NCBI GenBank assembly: GCA_964016885.1 | Contig: OZ024745.1 | Span: forward strand, 60,450,001 to 60,514,000 | Source: Eledone cirrhosa | Lineage: Eukaryota | DNA length: 64,000 nucleotides | Reading direction: 5' to 3' | In this document: positions 1-13,129 of the stretch, piece by piece | Position numbering within the stretch: position 1 is the first letter of the stretch | Layout: each line of letters starts with the position of its first letter | Notes under the pieces: model-generated | Told to the model about the DNA's origin: nothing | Databases searched by the model: none | What the model saw: only the letters and a program-made list of their open reading frames with translations | Position numbers and translations under genes: made by a program

Positions 1-1290
1 CCCCACCACCGTCACTACTACCAGCCCCACCACCACTATAACCACTAATACCGCCACCCCCACCACTACGAGGACCACCACCACCACCACCACCCCCACC
101 GCCGTCACTACTACCAGCCCCACCACCACTATAACCACTAATACCGCCACCCTAACCACCACCACCACCCCCACCACCGTCACTACTACCAGCCCCACCA
201 CCACTATAACCACTAATACCGCCACCCTAACCACCACCACCACCCCCACCACCGTAACTACTACCAGCCCCACCACCACTATAACCACTAATACCGCCAC
301 CCTAACCACCACCACCACCCCCACCACCGTCACTACTACCAGCCCCACCACCACTATAACCACTAATACCGCCACCCTAACCACCACCACCACCCCCACC
401 ACCGTAACTACTACCAGCCCCACCACCACTATAACCACTAATACCGCCACCCTAACCACCACCACCACCCCCACCACCGTAACTACTACCAGCCCCACCA
501 CCACTATAACCACTACTACCGCCACCCTAACCACCACCACCACCCCCACCACCGTCACTACTACCAGCCCCACCACCACTATAACCACTACTACCGCCAC
601 CCTAACCACCACCACCACCCCCACCACCGTCACTACTACCAGCCCCACCACCACTATAACCACTACTACCGCCACCCTAACCACCACCACCACCCCCACC
701 ACCGTCACTACTACCAGCCCCACCACCACTATAACCACTACTACCGCCACCCTAACCACCACCACCACCCCCACCACCGTCACTACTACCAGCCCCACCA
801 CCACTATAACCACTACTACCGCCACCCTAACCACCACAACCACCCCCACCACCGTAACTACTACCAGCCCCACCACCACTATAACCACTAATACCGCCAC
901 CCTAACCACCACAACCACCCCCACCACCGTCACTACTACCAGCCCCACCACCACTATAACCACTACTACCGCCACCCTAACCACCACCACCACCCCCACC
1001 ACCGTCACTACTACCAGCCCCACCACCACTATAACCACTACTACCGCCACCCTAACCACCACCACCACCCCCACCACCGTCACTACTACCAGCCCCACCA
1101 CCACTATAACCACTACTACCGCCACCCTAACCACCACCACCACCCCCACCACCGTCACTACTACCAGCCCCACCACCACTATAACCACTACTACCGCCAC
1201 CCTAACCACCACCACCACCCCCACCACCGTCACTACTACCAGCCCCACCACCACTATAACCACTAATACCGCCACCCTAACCACCACAAC
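1..1290. repeat. 75-bp C/A-rich minisatellite (~17 units), truncated by window start
   Basis: Unit ccccaccaccgtcactactaccagccccaccaccactataaccactaataccgccaccctaaccaccaccaccac repeats at a 75-nt period. Confidence 0.95.
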
Positions 1291-1605
1291 CGCTTTTCTA
1301 AAGACATCTTGTTATGAAAAAAGAGAGAAAGGAAGAGGTAGTTAAATTTACACACACACACGCACACACACACACACACACTCACTCTAACACACATACT
1401 CACACACACATACACACACGCACATACTCACACACACGCAGAGACGCACACACTCACTCACACATATACACACATGTACATACGCACACACTCACTCACA
1501 CACACACACAGGAGAGAGAAAGGGCATTGTGTCGGGTAAGAAAATAAGAGGCAGCTAAATTTACGCACACACATTCACACACATACACATACACACATAC
1601 ACACA

Positions 1606-1641
<36 letters not shown>

Positions 1642-1734
1642 TACACATACACACACACTTTCACTTACACAATCACACACACACACAAACACATATACAC
1701 ACATACACACACACTCTCACATACATACACAGAG

Positions 1735-2003
1735 AGAAGAGTAAGGGAGAGGGAGTAAGGGAGGGGGGGGATAAGTGAGTAAGGGAGAAGGAGTAAGGGA
1801 GAGGGTGTAAGGGAGAGGGAGTAAGGGAGAGGGAGTAAGGGAGAGGGAATAAGGGAGAGGGAGTAAGGGAGAAGGAGTTAGGAAGAAGCAGTAAGGAAGA
1901 AGGAGTAAGGGAGAAGGAGTAAGGGAGAAGGAGTAAGGGAGAGAGTGTAAAGGAGAAGGAGTAAGGGAGAAGGAGTAAGGGAGAAGGAGTAAGGGAGAGG
2001 GAG
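1735..2003. repeat. 14-bp purine-rich minisatellite (aagggagaaggagt)n
   Basis: Direct tandem units visible. Confidence 0.9.
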
Positions 2004-2409
2004 GCAGACCGTAGTGTGGAGTAAAGGAGCAGATGTACAGTATATTCAATATATACGTTTAAAAACTGAACTAAGGAATAAAGAGAATTTTGATTTTAAG
2101 TTGATTGAAAAGGAAAGAAGAAACGTTGTTGATACGCTAAAGAATGTTGACTCACGTGTAGTACTGTGTGTGTGTTGTGTGGATGTGTGCGTGTGTGTGT
2201 GTGTGCGTGTTGAGAAGGAGATTTGCATACACACAAGCATACACTCACAGACATTCATATACACAAACAAACAGACAAACACACAAAGACACACACATAC
2301 AAACACAGACACACATACACACAGACACTCATACACACAAACACACACTCACACATACACATACACACACACACACAGACACAGACATACACACACACAT
2401 ACACATATC

Positions 2410-2860
2410 CGATTTTCGCATCTCTTAGTCGGCCGGGAATGGAGGGTGAGGTGGCAGTGCTGTTTAGGAAAGCCCTCGATCTCAAGTTAAGGTTGATCTT
2501 CCAGGACCCAGACGGTAAGTTGGTGGTCCTGGACGTGAACAATAGCGGGATGGTGCCTTTAGACTGGTAGCCATCTACGCCCCGGCTGGGAACGTCTGGT
2601 CCTTTACTTTTAGCGGGAGACTTAGACGCGCGCTGTGATTGGGTGGGATATGCTGATGGAAGCGGAGTAGGGGGGGGGGGGGGGGGTTACAAAAGCCTCA
2701 AGTACCTGATCAGCCAGTTCCAGCTGCCTGACAGGGACCGACTAGATTTCCCTAATGCGCCAGTGTGGACCTGGACAAACCGCATAGGGTCATCTACATC
2801 GTATATAGATATGTTTTGTATTAGGTCAATAGATAAGGATAGTATAGGTTGTCCACACAG
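2410..2860 (+). mobile_element. Degraded APE endonuclease fragment of an L1/Tx1-like non-LTR retrotransposon
   Basis: Peptides VAVLFRK..DPDGKLVVLDV, RLVAIYAP, LLLAGDL, WTWTN..SYIDMF, spread across frameshifts. Confidence 0.7.
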
Positions 2861-3249
2861 ATAAAATTAGTTATAACCCCTGGGTAGAGAGATATAGTAG
2901 GGATAACAATAGACAAGCGGGCAAACAAATAATACCAACCAAAAGGACTAATGTAAGTAAAGTAGATACTAGAGGTGAACACACAAACCAACAAATAACA
3001 CACAGGAAACGGGGGTTACATCGTGTGAACCAAAACCCCATCACGGAAGAGATAGCAACGAGCAGAGCGAAATAAACAAGGGGAAACCCACCCAAATATA
3101 GGGAAGATAGATCACATCCTAAATACCATATCCTCAGGGATGGCACAGCACCAATGAGATGCAACACACGATACAGAAGTGGCTAGTGTAGAAGTGAGAT
3201 AAACCCAACTAACACAGCAACATATAATAAAGCATTACATAGGCCCACC

Positions 3250-3372
3250 AACAAAAGACATACTGTAGATACAAAAATATAATTTGGTATAATTCACCAT
3301 ATTCAGCGGGATTCCAGGCCAGCATAACTAAACTTTTCTTCAAATCGTTGGACACTATATTTAATAAACACA
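3250..3372 (+). mobile_element. Penelope-like element fragment (post-RT region, Naiad-like)
   Basis: Translates RYKNIIWYNSPYSAGFQASITKLFFKSLDTIFNKH, resembling the PLE motif RNIIWFNPPYS. Confidence 0.6.
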
Positions 3373-3374
3373 TA

Positions 3375-4505
3375 ATTAAGCTCTCTGAAATCACTATTTT
3401 GTTTCATAGGCTTTCAGATTTTGACAAATTTATCTTTATTGAAGCTGTTATATTGGTGCTATGTTCACTCCAAGTAAAGAACACATTCGTCATGTTATTC
3501 TTTATGAATTTCAAAAACGTAATAGTGCAAGTGCAGCGGCAAAATCACTCCAAATCATTGAGATGACGTAGTGACTGAAAAAAACATGCAGGAGATGGTT
3601 TTCTTGGTTCAGATACAGGGATTACGGCCTACAGGATGAGTCAGAAGAAGTGCTGGATTCTGATGCATTGGAAAGTGTTGTTGATGCAAACCTGACCATT
3701 ACGTTTCGGGAAGTAAATACAGACTTCATTGTGAGCTATACCACACCACCATTCATGGGGAACTGAAAAGGCTTGGTAAATATCAAAGGTTGGAAAATGG
3801 GTTCTGTATGATCTCTCTGCAGACAATCACAAACAACATGTTCACTGCGGTGGGTCATTGCGTTCTCAAGAGCTGCAAATGCCTTTTTCAAACAGAGTCA
3901 AAGTTACTGGAGATGAGAAATTGATACCTTACCATAATGTTACGCGAAGACGTCAGTGGCTGAGTCGTGATGAAGAGCCAGCTCTGCAGCCCAGAAGTGG
4001 CTTGCATCCAAGGGAGATTCTTTTGAGTGTGTGGTGGGATCTGCGGGGAATAATTCATCATGAACTGCGAGGCGATAATCAAGCAATAACAGACAGCTAT
4101 GACGTTTGAAAGCAGCTTTGGAGCAAAAGCACCCATCATTAACAAACAGGAAAGGAATCATCCTTCATCACGATAACGCTAGATCTCACACTGCACAAAA
4201 GACCAAACATCTCATAGAAAAATATGCCTGGGAAATTACGCTTCACTCACCATATTCCCCGGATCTCGCACCAGAAAAATCATTTGAGTGGATTAAGACT
4301 TACTTCAAGAGGAGAAACCGAAAATGAGTTAGTTTCCTTTTTTAGTTCAAAACCAAAAGAATTTTATTAACGAGGCATTAAGAAGCTTTGAGAGGTCATA
4401 GGTAAGAATGGTGACTACATCAACGATTAAATAAATCTGATGTTGTGTATTATATTGTTTTATTGAGCCCTTAAATACGAACCGCACTTTCGTTACAACC
4501 TAATA
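3375..4505 (+). mobile_element. Degraded mariner (DD34D-type) transposon
   Basis: Motifs GKWV, TGDEK, LSVWWD, HHDNARSH, HSPYSPDLAP across frameshifts; right end ...gttacaacctaata is mariner TIR-like; left boundary approximate. Confidence 0.85.
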
Positions 4506-4509
4506 GTTG

Positions 4510-4940
4510 GTTCTGATGCCATTTCATCTACAATTGGGTAGCTTTCCATTGATTTAATGATATTTATGTTGACATTAGAGGATCTGTTAAGGAGCTCAGA
4601 GAAGTGTTCTATCCAACGATGCTGAATAGAGACAATATCAGTCGAAAGTGATTGACCATCTGCAGTTGTTATTATTCTTTTTAGTCGCTAAGAGTCACTA
4701 GAATTAGGATTGGTTGATTGGGAGAGAAGTTTTGATATAGATTTTGTTTGTCCTTAAGTAAATCACATAATTCAGTGTTGTTATCGGTAACCCAGTCATT
4801 GGACCTCATCTATTTCACACCAACTAATATGGGTGCTGCGTGGAAGACTTTTATCTTTAAATCTTTCCAAAGATTCCTTGGGTCAAGTGTATTATTATTT
4901 AATGCACTGCGAAAACTGTGGATAGCATTTAAAGACTTGA
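4510..4940 (-). mobile_element. RTE LINE fragment
   Basis: Minus strand reads RWIEHFSELLNR. Confidence 0.5.
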
Positions 4941-5059
4941 TAGGGTGGCTGGTTTAGTCGCCGACGACTCGACAATACGACAGATTATATGGGGTTATAT
5001 ATTACCAATTGCACTCGGGAGCGACCTGACACACATACATACATACATACATACATACA

Positions 5060-5174
<115 letters not shown>

Positions 5175-5325
5175 GTGTGTGTGTGTGTCTGTGTGTGTGC
5201 ATGCGTTCCAGTTATTCCTTTCTGTGCCCTGTTTATGGTCCCAGGATACACATTTGTACACAACATTTGTCCTACGCCTCCCAAGACAGGGTGCAAGCCC
5301 ATCTTCAATCTTTTCAATATTAGAT

Positions 5326-5406
<81 letters not shown>

Positions 5407-5659
5407 GGGGGGGCGTGTGTGTGTGTCACTTGAACTCTTTAATTGGTCTGATGACCTCAGCCTCCAAGAGGCATTTCGTGAAAACATCAGAAGATGCGAT
5501 CGTGACCTGGTTTAGGAAATCAGAAAAAATATTCTCCCCACCTCACGATAAAAACCTTAATGAGTTTCTGACAGCAGGCGTGGAAGGTTCTGCAGGAGTA
5601 TGGAATCGATGGACAGCTTCTTGTTGCCCTGAAGTCTCCTTACGAATGCCTTAATATTT

Positions 5660-5850
5660 GTGTTCGGATAAATAGTGTTAAATCAAAACCATTCAATGTG
5701 GGTGTCGGACGCTGCCAAGTGTGCGCTCTGTTACCTCTTATGTTCATAATCTTCATGAACAGGATTGATACGTGCAGCCGGACTAGAAGTGGTATCAAGA
5801 CTGACAGGTGTAGGATCAGTTGGCTGGAATCTGCGGACGATATGGTACCA
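5660..5850 (+). mobile_element. Non-LTR RT fragment
   Basis: VGVGRCQVCALLPLMFIIFMN...SADDMV, degenerate QG/SP and YADD motifs. Confidence 0.55.
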
Positions 5851-5952
5851 GTAATGCACTGGGTAATTGCTGGCCTTATGCCTAAAGTAGAAACAATTAT
5901 TTAAATCGTCGGAAGGTGATGTCCGATATACAATTCTTAGGTTTGCTGCCGA

Positions 5953-6330
5953 GTGCTGCATGGCTGGAATGGTAAACCCCTCATCTGGGATGCCACATGC
6001 AACGACACATTCCCCAGCGGCAACCTGGTGCAGTCTGCGACTAACCCAGGTTCTGCTGCAGTTCGTTGGGGGGGGGGGGACAAGAAGGTAAACTCTCCAA
6101 ATATCTGTCGCTCCCTGACAGGTTTGCAGTGGAACCCGTGGCAGTGGAGACGTCTGGTGTCCTTGCCCCTAGACCCACCTCCCTACTCCCCACCATCGGC
6201 ACAAAGTTGGCTACCCACAGATGTGAGCCTGGCGAGCTGGAATGGATCTTCCAGTCCGTCTCCCTCGCCATCCTCCGGGAAACGCCTTCTCCATTCTATC
6301 TGCCAGGGCCGCGGGGTGGCGGGCTCCCAT
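5953..6330 (+). mobile_element. Restriction-like endonuclease C-terminus of a CRE-like non-LTR element
   Basis: WNGKPLIWDATCNDT, PVAVETSGV, WIFQSVSLAILR. Confidence 0.7.
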
Positions 6331-6436
6331 TTGCTCACAATAGTGAGAGATGGGGAGAACGGGAGAAACAAAGGCAGTGACAGTGGGAGTTTGGTTTCCT
6401 GTATATATATATATATATATGTGAAGACTAAAATCC

Positions 6437-6638
6437 AAAGAGGTCTCGATAAGGATAAATATAAAATATAAAATAACAGATTAAAGTTTAAGCAAAGAAT
6501 CGCTGCTTTCACCCTTAACGGGATCTTCTGAAACTCAGCACCGATTCTTTGCTTAAACTTTAATCTGTTATTTTAATAAATATTTGATATAGGGTTCTTA
6601 TATAATTGATATATATTTAACCTTATCGAGCCCTCTTT
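6437..6638. repeat. Fold-back (inverted-repeat) PLE-terminus-like element between (TA)n tracts
   Basis: Arms ~6470-6502/6542-6574 plus outer arms ~6437-6463/6612-6638; loop holds an HHR-like motif on the minus strand (CAGAAGA-UCCC..GGGU-GAAA). Confidence 0.7.
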
Positions 6639-6663
6639 ATATATATATATATATATATATATT

Positions 6664-7855
6664 CTAGGGCGGGTAAAATTCCCGAGGTCCATGGACGAGT
6701 TCTCTCCAGCGGTCTCTGTCCCTCATTATCGCAGCCATGTACTGCGTCTCCAACAGACCAGTGTCTGTCCTTAGGGCATCAACATACGTTAACCTTGGTA
6801 TTCCTCTTCCAGTGTGTCCATGTAGGGGCTCCCACAGGAGCACTGAGTGCAATGTCAACTCTGGATGTCGGTGAGCATGTCCAGCTAACCTCAGTCTCCT
6901 CTGTGTCACTTTTGAGCTGACATTTGGGATGCTCCCATACAGCTCTGAGTTTTTCATCCTCAGTGTATACTGATTAATGTTCAGAGCCATCCTCAGCATT
7001 CTCGTGTAGGACCCATCCACCATCTGAGTGAGTTTCGTGGTCAATGTCCAAGTCTCAGACCCGTAGAGCAGCACAGACTCCACTACAGCAATGAAGAGGC
7101 GGATTTTCAGGTCTTTACGAAGGTCCGACTTCCACACCGATCTCAAGCGGTGGCACGCCGCCCAGGCTTTGCTCTTCCTCTCAACCACATCATCTTCCGT
7201 ATTCCCAATCTTTGCTCCCAAATACAGGATGATTCTTAACAGGATCAAGCCTCAGATAGAGAAGAAGCTCAGGGACAACCAGAACGGCTTCAGAGAGAGA
7301 AGATCAACCACCAGTCACATCCTGATACTGAGGAGGATATTAGAGGGAGCTAGAGAAAAGTGCCTTCCTGTGGTCATGGTTTTCATTGATTTTAGGAAGG
7401 CCTTTGATTCTGTGGACCGTCACTGCCTAATGATGATCTTACAGGCTTATGGAATCCCCAAGATAGTGGACCTAATATCACTGCTCTACACCAACACCAA
7501 AGCCCAAGTCATTACACCTGATGGGATGACAGAGTTCTTTGAGATACTGGCTGGAGTGCTCCAGGGAGATGCATTGGCTCCCTACCTTTTTATCATCGTA
7601 GTGAACTATTGTATGCGCCTTGCACTGGAGAAACACCAGGACTCTGACTTTACTGTAGCACCGGCTCAGAGCAGGAGAGTTAAGGCGAAAAAGGTATCGG
7701 ATGCTGAATTTGTCGACGACATAGTTTTGGTGACAAATACAGTGAAGGAGGCAGAGGATTTGATGCAGGAGGTTGAGACTGTGTCGATGAGTGTGGGGCT
7801 GAGAATGAATGAGACTAAAACAAAATATCTGGTAGAGAATGTTGAGAAGCCGCTA

Positions 7856-7858
<3 letters not shown>
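6664..7858 (-). mobile_element. 5'-inverted RTE-clade LINE copy (3' part minus 6664-7227; inverted RT segment plus 7228-7858)
   Basis: Both parts closely match the element at 61649-64000; flanked by (TA)n on both sides. Confidence 0.9.
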
Positions 7859-7936
<78 letters not shown>

Positions 7937-8034
7937 CTTGTATTGCACCAAGAAAAATAAAACGTCGGTGTGAAGAGATTAGAAAGTTTTTTACTTTGAC
8001 ATATATTTCTGATATACATAAACAAAACCCTACC

Positions 8035-8098
<64 letters not shown>

Positions 8099-8299
8099 TA
8101 TACGTACATACATATATGTATACAGACGTACAGTAGTTTGTATATATATACATACATGCACACATATATATATGCACGTATCGGTTTACCGAACATTTAT
8201 TATAATGCTCGGTCTGTTTGTAAACAAACAAACAGCCCGAATTACACCGTACAGTGTTTAGGCAACCACGTCACCTTTTTGTTCAACAATGACACAGGA

Positions 8300-8342
8300 A
8301 CGATGTACTAGTTTCAAGCTTATTAGCTACCGTCAGCATCGT
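8300..8342 (-). ncRNA. Minimal type I hammerhead ribozyme copy (A9>G)
   Basis: ACGAUG CUGACGG UAGCUAAUAAGCUU GAAA CUAG UA CAUCGU. Confidence 0.7.
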
Positions 8343-8673
8343 ATACCTTCCTGCCAGATGTTTACAAACAAACCGAGCATTATAATAAATGTTCGGTAAA
8401 CCGATACGTGCATATATATATTTGTGCATGTATGTATATATATACATACTATTGTACGTCTGTATACATATATGTATGTACGTATACATACATACTTACA
8501 TTTAAGTAACTGCCGTACTAAGAGTGAGAAATGAAATTCCGTTTCATTCTATTCCATTTATTGTTTTCGGTGCGCCCGGTCGACTAAACTCACTCGATAT
8601 GCAAATTAGGCTGCTCAATATGCATAAGGAAAGTATATACTTTCAGACGTTCAACCATCTGGCAGGAAGGTAT

Positions 8674-8716
8674 ACGATGCTGACGATAGCTAATAAGCTT
8701 GAAACTAGTACATCGT
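8674..8716 (+). ncRNA. Minimal (dimer-type) type I hammerhead ribozyme
   Basis: Stem I ACGAUG/CAUCGU; CUGACGA; stem II AGCU-AAUA-AGCU; GAAA; palindromic ACUAGU; GUA site. Confidence 0.88.
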
Positions 8717-8986
8717 TCCTGTGTCAGTGTTGAACAAAAAGGTGACGTGGTTGCCTAAACACTGTACGGCTTAATTCGGGCTGTTTGTTTGTTTACAAAC
8801 ACACCGAGCATTATAATAAATGTTCGGTAAACCGATACGTGCATATATATATGTGTGCATGTATGTATATATATACATACTATTGTACGTCTGTATACAT
8901 ATATGTATGTACGTATACTTACATACTTACATTTAAGTAACTGCCGTACTAAGAGTGAGAAATGAAATTTCGTTTCATTCTATTCC

Positions 8987-9040
<54 letters not shown>

Positions 9041-9213
9041 GCATACATACATACATATACATTTATTGTTCTATAAAGATATATACTTCGCTATGGAATT
9101 TAATTGGTCCACAATATACAAACAATACAATGAGATATTCTGAAAGGCAAAACTGATCATACTTGTTGTTTAACTGGTAGAATTTGTGATGACTTGGGAA
9201 AGTAAAGTGTATG

Positions 9214-9490
9214 CAGGGCCGGCGCTACTATATAGGCAAACTAGGCAGCTGATTTCAGGGCGCGCTTTTCTCCAAATGAATAATTTTGAAAAAAAAAAAA
9301 ATAAATTTCACTTTTATTGGGGGGTCGTTTTTTATCCTGGTTTATTTCATACAGGGACAAATAAAGGTTGAAACATTTTTTTTTTTTTATATTTGTTTAT
9401 AAATTTTGAAATTGATATATTCCTGGGGGGGGGGGGGGGGGGCAGAATCTGACCTTGCTTAGGGTGCCAGATGGTCTGGCACTGGCCCTG
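9214..9490. mobile_element. hAT-type MITE
   Basis: TIRs cagggccggcgc / gcactggccctg; 8-bp TSD agtgtatg at 9206-9213 and 9491-9498. Confidence 0.85.
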
Positions 9491-9920
9491 AGTGTATGTA
9501 TAATGAAAAGTTATATGTATGTATGTATATATATATATGTGTATGTATAATATATATTATATTATACATACACACACACTATATATATATATATATATAT
9601 AGTGTGTGTATATATATATATATATATATGTGTGTGGTGTGCGTATAATATATATATATATATATATGTGTGTGTATGTATGTATGTATAAACACATACA
9701 TATATGTACATCCATTTTTAGACAAACACGACGGGCTTCTGTAGAGTTGGTCTACCGAATTCCATTCACAGGTTATTGGGCAAACCCGAGGTTTACAAAA
9801 GACACTTGCGTCAGTTCGCCTGAACCAGCCTTATGCAGAATGGAATCTCCTAACCAGACAGCCATCTGTGTTGATACACAAACTGGGATTTACACATGTA
9901 ACTCACATCCGCACACTAAT

Positions 9921-10180
9921 CAGGGGTGGTGGAAACATTTCTGAATGTGGTGGGGTGGGGAAGCAAATTTGGTCAATTTAGTTGTAGTGATCAGTTTAGC
10001 TGTTATCAAATATCAACCAAGATATAAAAAAAAAACTTCGATATGCGATAAACATAACATTTACATAATTTGTAGCGTATATACAAATAGATGTGTTTTG
10101 GTAGTTTAAGGTGAAAAATATTATTATTGGAGGAGGGGGGGGGGGGGGGGAGCATAGCCCACCCAGTTCCACCACCCCTG
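9921..10180. mobile_element. hAT-like MITE
   Basis: TIRs caggggtggtggaa / ttccaccacccctg; TSD not clean. Confidence 0.6.
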
Positions 10181-12343
10181 CACATACACAAACACATACG
10201 TACACACACACTCACTACTACATACATATCAACGAAGCAGATGTCTGTAGTTGGTAGTGTTTCCATATATCTGGGCTCGTAAGATTCGCTGGTAATATTA
10301 CCTTTTGCTTAACGTCCATATAGGACCCTACATGGGACACTCATTCTGCTAGAAATAGCAGCTAAGTCATTGAATAATATAGTTCTAGACATTTGAAAGG
10401 AATCCTTTAAATGTAACAAACGCTAGTGGAATATGATGGTAACTAAAACAATCACCGAAATATTTTTTATAGTCCAAGTTAATTCTGTTGATACCAAATA
10501 GCGCCTGGTTCTACAATACAAAACTATCTTAAAAACCTTGCACCGTTTATGTTCCAAAAAGATTATTTCTAATTTTGCCAGCAATGAGGGGGGGGGGGGG
10601 GGCGATTAAATAGATTTAATCGGCCTAGTATGACTGGAAAAACTTCGGCGGGATTTGAAATACCAGCTTAAAAAGAAATACCTCTAGATTATTTTCAAAA
10701 TCATTTGATAACCATAAGCAGTAATTTCATTAGACATATGGTGACGAAAGGGTTAAAAATGAGCGGTATAAAAAGCATTGTTTAGGTAAAAATTGAAACT
10801 GCTACTTTAAAAAAATCTGATAGGCTGGGAAACTGATGCAATAAAAGGTAGAATTTGATGTGAAATTGTTAAACGGGCGTTAAGTAAATGAGGCAAAGCT
10901 TTAATATAAATCACACTATGGGTTCTCTCCATGTTCATTCTTAATCATATTTAATACAGGTTTATTCGACTATTTTTCGTTCATTGGCTCCACGGAATTG
11001 TAGTTACCCATTTTCTCAATCAAACCATCCAAAAGACAACAAGGGTGCTAGTAATTTCCAACTTAGCTGAGTCCAAAGTCCCACGTAGAAACTAGCTTTA
11101 TCGAGATCAGGCCATGGCTATTCACTGCGTAGTAGTTCAAAATGCTACAAATAACCAGACCTCAAGATACTGGTGTTTGCAACTGCAAAAGCAAACCCTC
11201 GAATTCAATTATGTAATCCTAATTAATCCCTAATATGGCCTCAAACTACGTTGTGTATAAAATAAAAAGTTAACTGGAGCCAGTCTTTATTTGAAGTGTA
11301 TATATGCATTTATAAAAAAAAAAATACATCAGTATATGCAAAATGTGTAAAAACTAAGGGAGGTGTATAGGGTTATTTCAACCACGGAGATGTTTGTCTG
11401 GACGGCATCATTTTACCGCTCGATCAGAGAGGGGCTGGTAAAATAAGTGAACATTAGTCAGATGCGTAAGATTGATTTTTTTTCATCGCAGAAGTGTAGT
11501 CTCTCGTTTGATACAAAGATGTGTTTAATGTAGAAATCTGGACTGGTTTAATGTCTGGACAACTCTTGTTTAATAGGTGTGTGAACAACTCATTTAATGT
11601 AGCTGTCTGGTCAACTCTTGTACAGATAAGGGGTGAAATTCCTAAATTCAAGCAAAATAAAGTCTACTGTATAAAAGTTGGCCTGGGGCTAAACAACCTC
11701 ACAGGACAATTGAAATACAGCCAACATCGGTCGACTATCCAATCCAATTATCTAGCGTGCTTTCACAGCAGCAAAACTTAAGCAAAGGGCTACGCAAGTT
11801 AATTCATGGTTGTCTCCCTTGGACCATTAGCGTTAACCGTGCACTTTGTATTAAGCCGTTACTTTGGGCGAGCGATATACATACATACATCCACATATGT
11901 ATAAACGTTGTTTGATGAATATAGTATAACCGCTGTAGTCTGCAAAAAAAGTGCATAAAACAATGCGAACAATATCAAAGAAACAGCAACATGAAATTAT
12001 TGAGATAACAGCAAAAAAAATAAAAACAAACCAAAAGGATTCGTTTGAAATATTTAACTTTTATATATAAACAATATACGAGTGTGATTAAAAAAAAAAT
12101 TCGAAATCTGAACTAATAAAATGAAACACCCAAACATCTTTTGTGATATAACAATGAAATATTTACAGATGAAATGTATGTTAAGAGTTCATGATAAATG
12201 AGGCAATAAAAGTGACGATGGAAGAGATGTTATGAAGTGTTTGGTGAGTGGGTGAAAGTATTAATGATAGATCAGATTTTGTACGAGATATTTACAAGTC
12301 TTTTGTAATAAATATTATAGTCTCTTTTTTCTGCAAAATTAGT

Positions 12344-12889
12344 TTACTTCTTCTTGGCTGCAGCCTTCTTAACAACCTTCTTCTTGGCGGGTTTGGCGGG
12401 TTTCTTTGCGACTTTCTTTACCACCTTTTTGGGTGATTTGGCTTTAGTAACCTTCTTCGTTTTTTTCACAACTTTCTTAATAGGCTTCTTGGGAGTTTTC
12501 TTTGTGGCTGCCCTAGGTTTCTTTGCCTTTGGTGCCTTTTTGGCAGCGGGCTTCTTCACTTTCGGTTCCTCTTTACCACTAGCGACCTTAAAAGAACCAG
12601 AAGCTCCAGTTCCCTTAAGTTGTTTCAGGGTATTACTCGTAACACCTCTAACGATTGCCAATTTAATTTGCTTCTTGATGACATTATCTTGGATGGATAC
12701 ACTATAGGTGGCACCAATGTGTTTCACGATAGCTTGACGAGACATACCCCTTCTCTGACCGCCTTTCACGATGGCCTCCTTAACCATATCCAAGTAAGGA
12801 GGATGCTGAACTTTCTTCGCCTTTTTTACTTTTTTGGCGGCCTTTTGTGGAGCTGGTGCCGCTGCGGCGGGTGTTGTTGCGTCAGACAT
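12344..12889 (-). CDS. H1: Linker histone H1 (H1.0/H1-delta-like), intronless, 181 aa
   Basis: Winged-helix globular domain HPPYLDMVKEAI...SRQAI...KGTGASGSFK; K/A/P-rich tail. Confidence 0.95.
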   Translation of the reverse strand: MSDATTPAAAAPAPQKAAKKVKKAKKVQHPPYLDMVKEAIVKGGQRRGMSRQAIVKHIGATYSVSIQDNVIKKQIKLAIVRGVTSNTLKQLKGTGASGSFKVASGKEEPKVKKPAAKKAPKAKKPRAATKKTPKKPIKKVVKKTKKVTKAKSPKKVVKKVAKKPAKPAKKKVVKKAAAKKK

Positions 12890-12959
12890 GATCGGACAGT
12901 AAATCGATGTATTTAAACAAATAAATATCCTTTAGTAAGGACCCAAAAAAAGATTCCGG

Positions 12960-12967
12960 TTATATAG
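12960..12967 (-). promoter_or_regulatory. TATA box of H1
   Basis: Minus strand TATATAA ~70 nt upstream of the ATG. Confidence 0.65.
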
Positions 12968-13119
12968 CAGGAGGTTTGTAGAATGCAACGTCAAGCGTAC
13001 AAAACAAGTTTGGCAGTTCTAAAGGTAAACGCTTATTTATACATTACGCGCGAACGTCGTAGAAGACACATCAACAGAGCGACCACCTTTCACAAATATG
13101 GTAGCCGAAATACAACAAC

Positions 13120-13129
13120 TGTGTTTCTT
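13120..13129 (-). promoter_or_regulatory. H1 box (AC box)
   Basis: Minus strand AAGAAACACA, matching the known H1-specific AAACACA element; also kept in the duplicate at ~43976-43985. Confidence 0.7.

Larger units (their letters stand above)
8100..8990. repeat. PLE pseudo-LTR cluster with inverted and direct copies
   Basis: 8100-8360 is the reverse complement of ~8656-8915; 8361-8560 is a direct repeat of ~8792-8991. Confidence 0.85.

Noticed and set aside
1-1290. CRISPR-like or telomeric array
   Set aside because: No unique spacers; CCCTAA occurs only once per 75-bp unit
5448-5486. CUGAUGA...GAAA on the plus strand
   Set aside because: No convincing stem I, stem III or NUH closure
12354-12707. 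Hydrophobic plus-strand ORF (also 42082-42534)
   Set aside because: Antisense shadow of the lysine-rich H1 coding sequence
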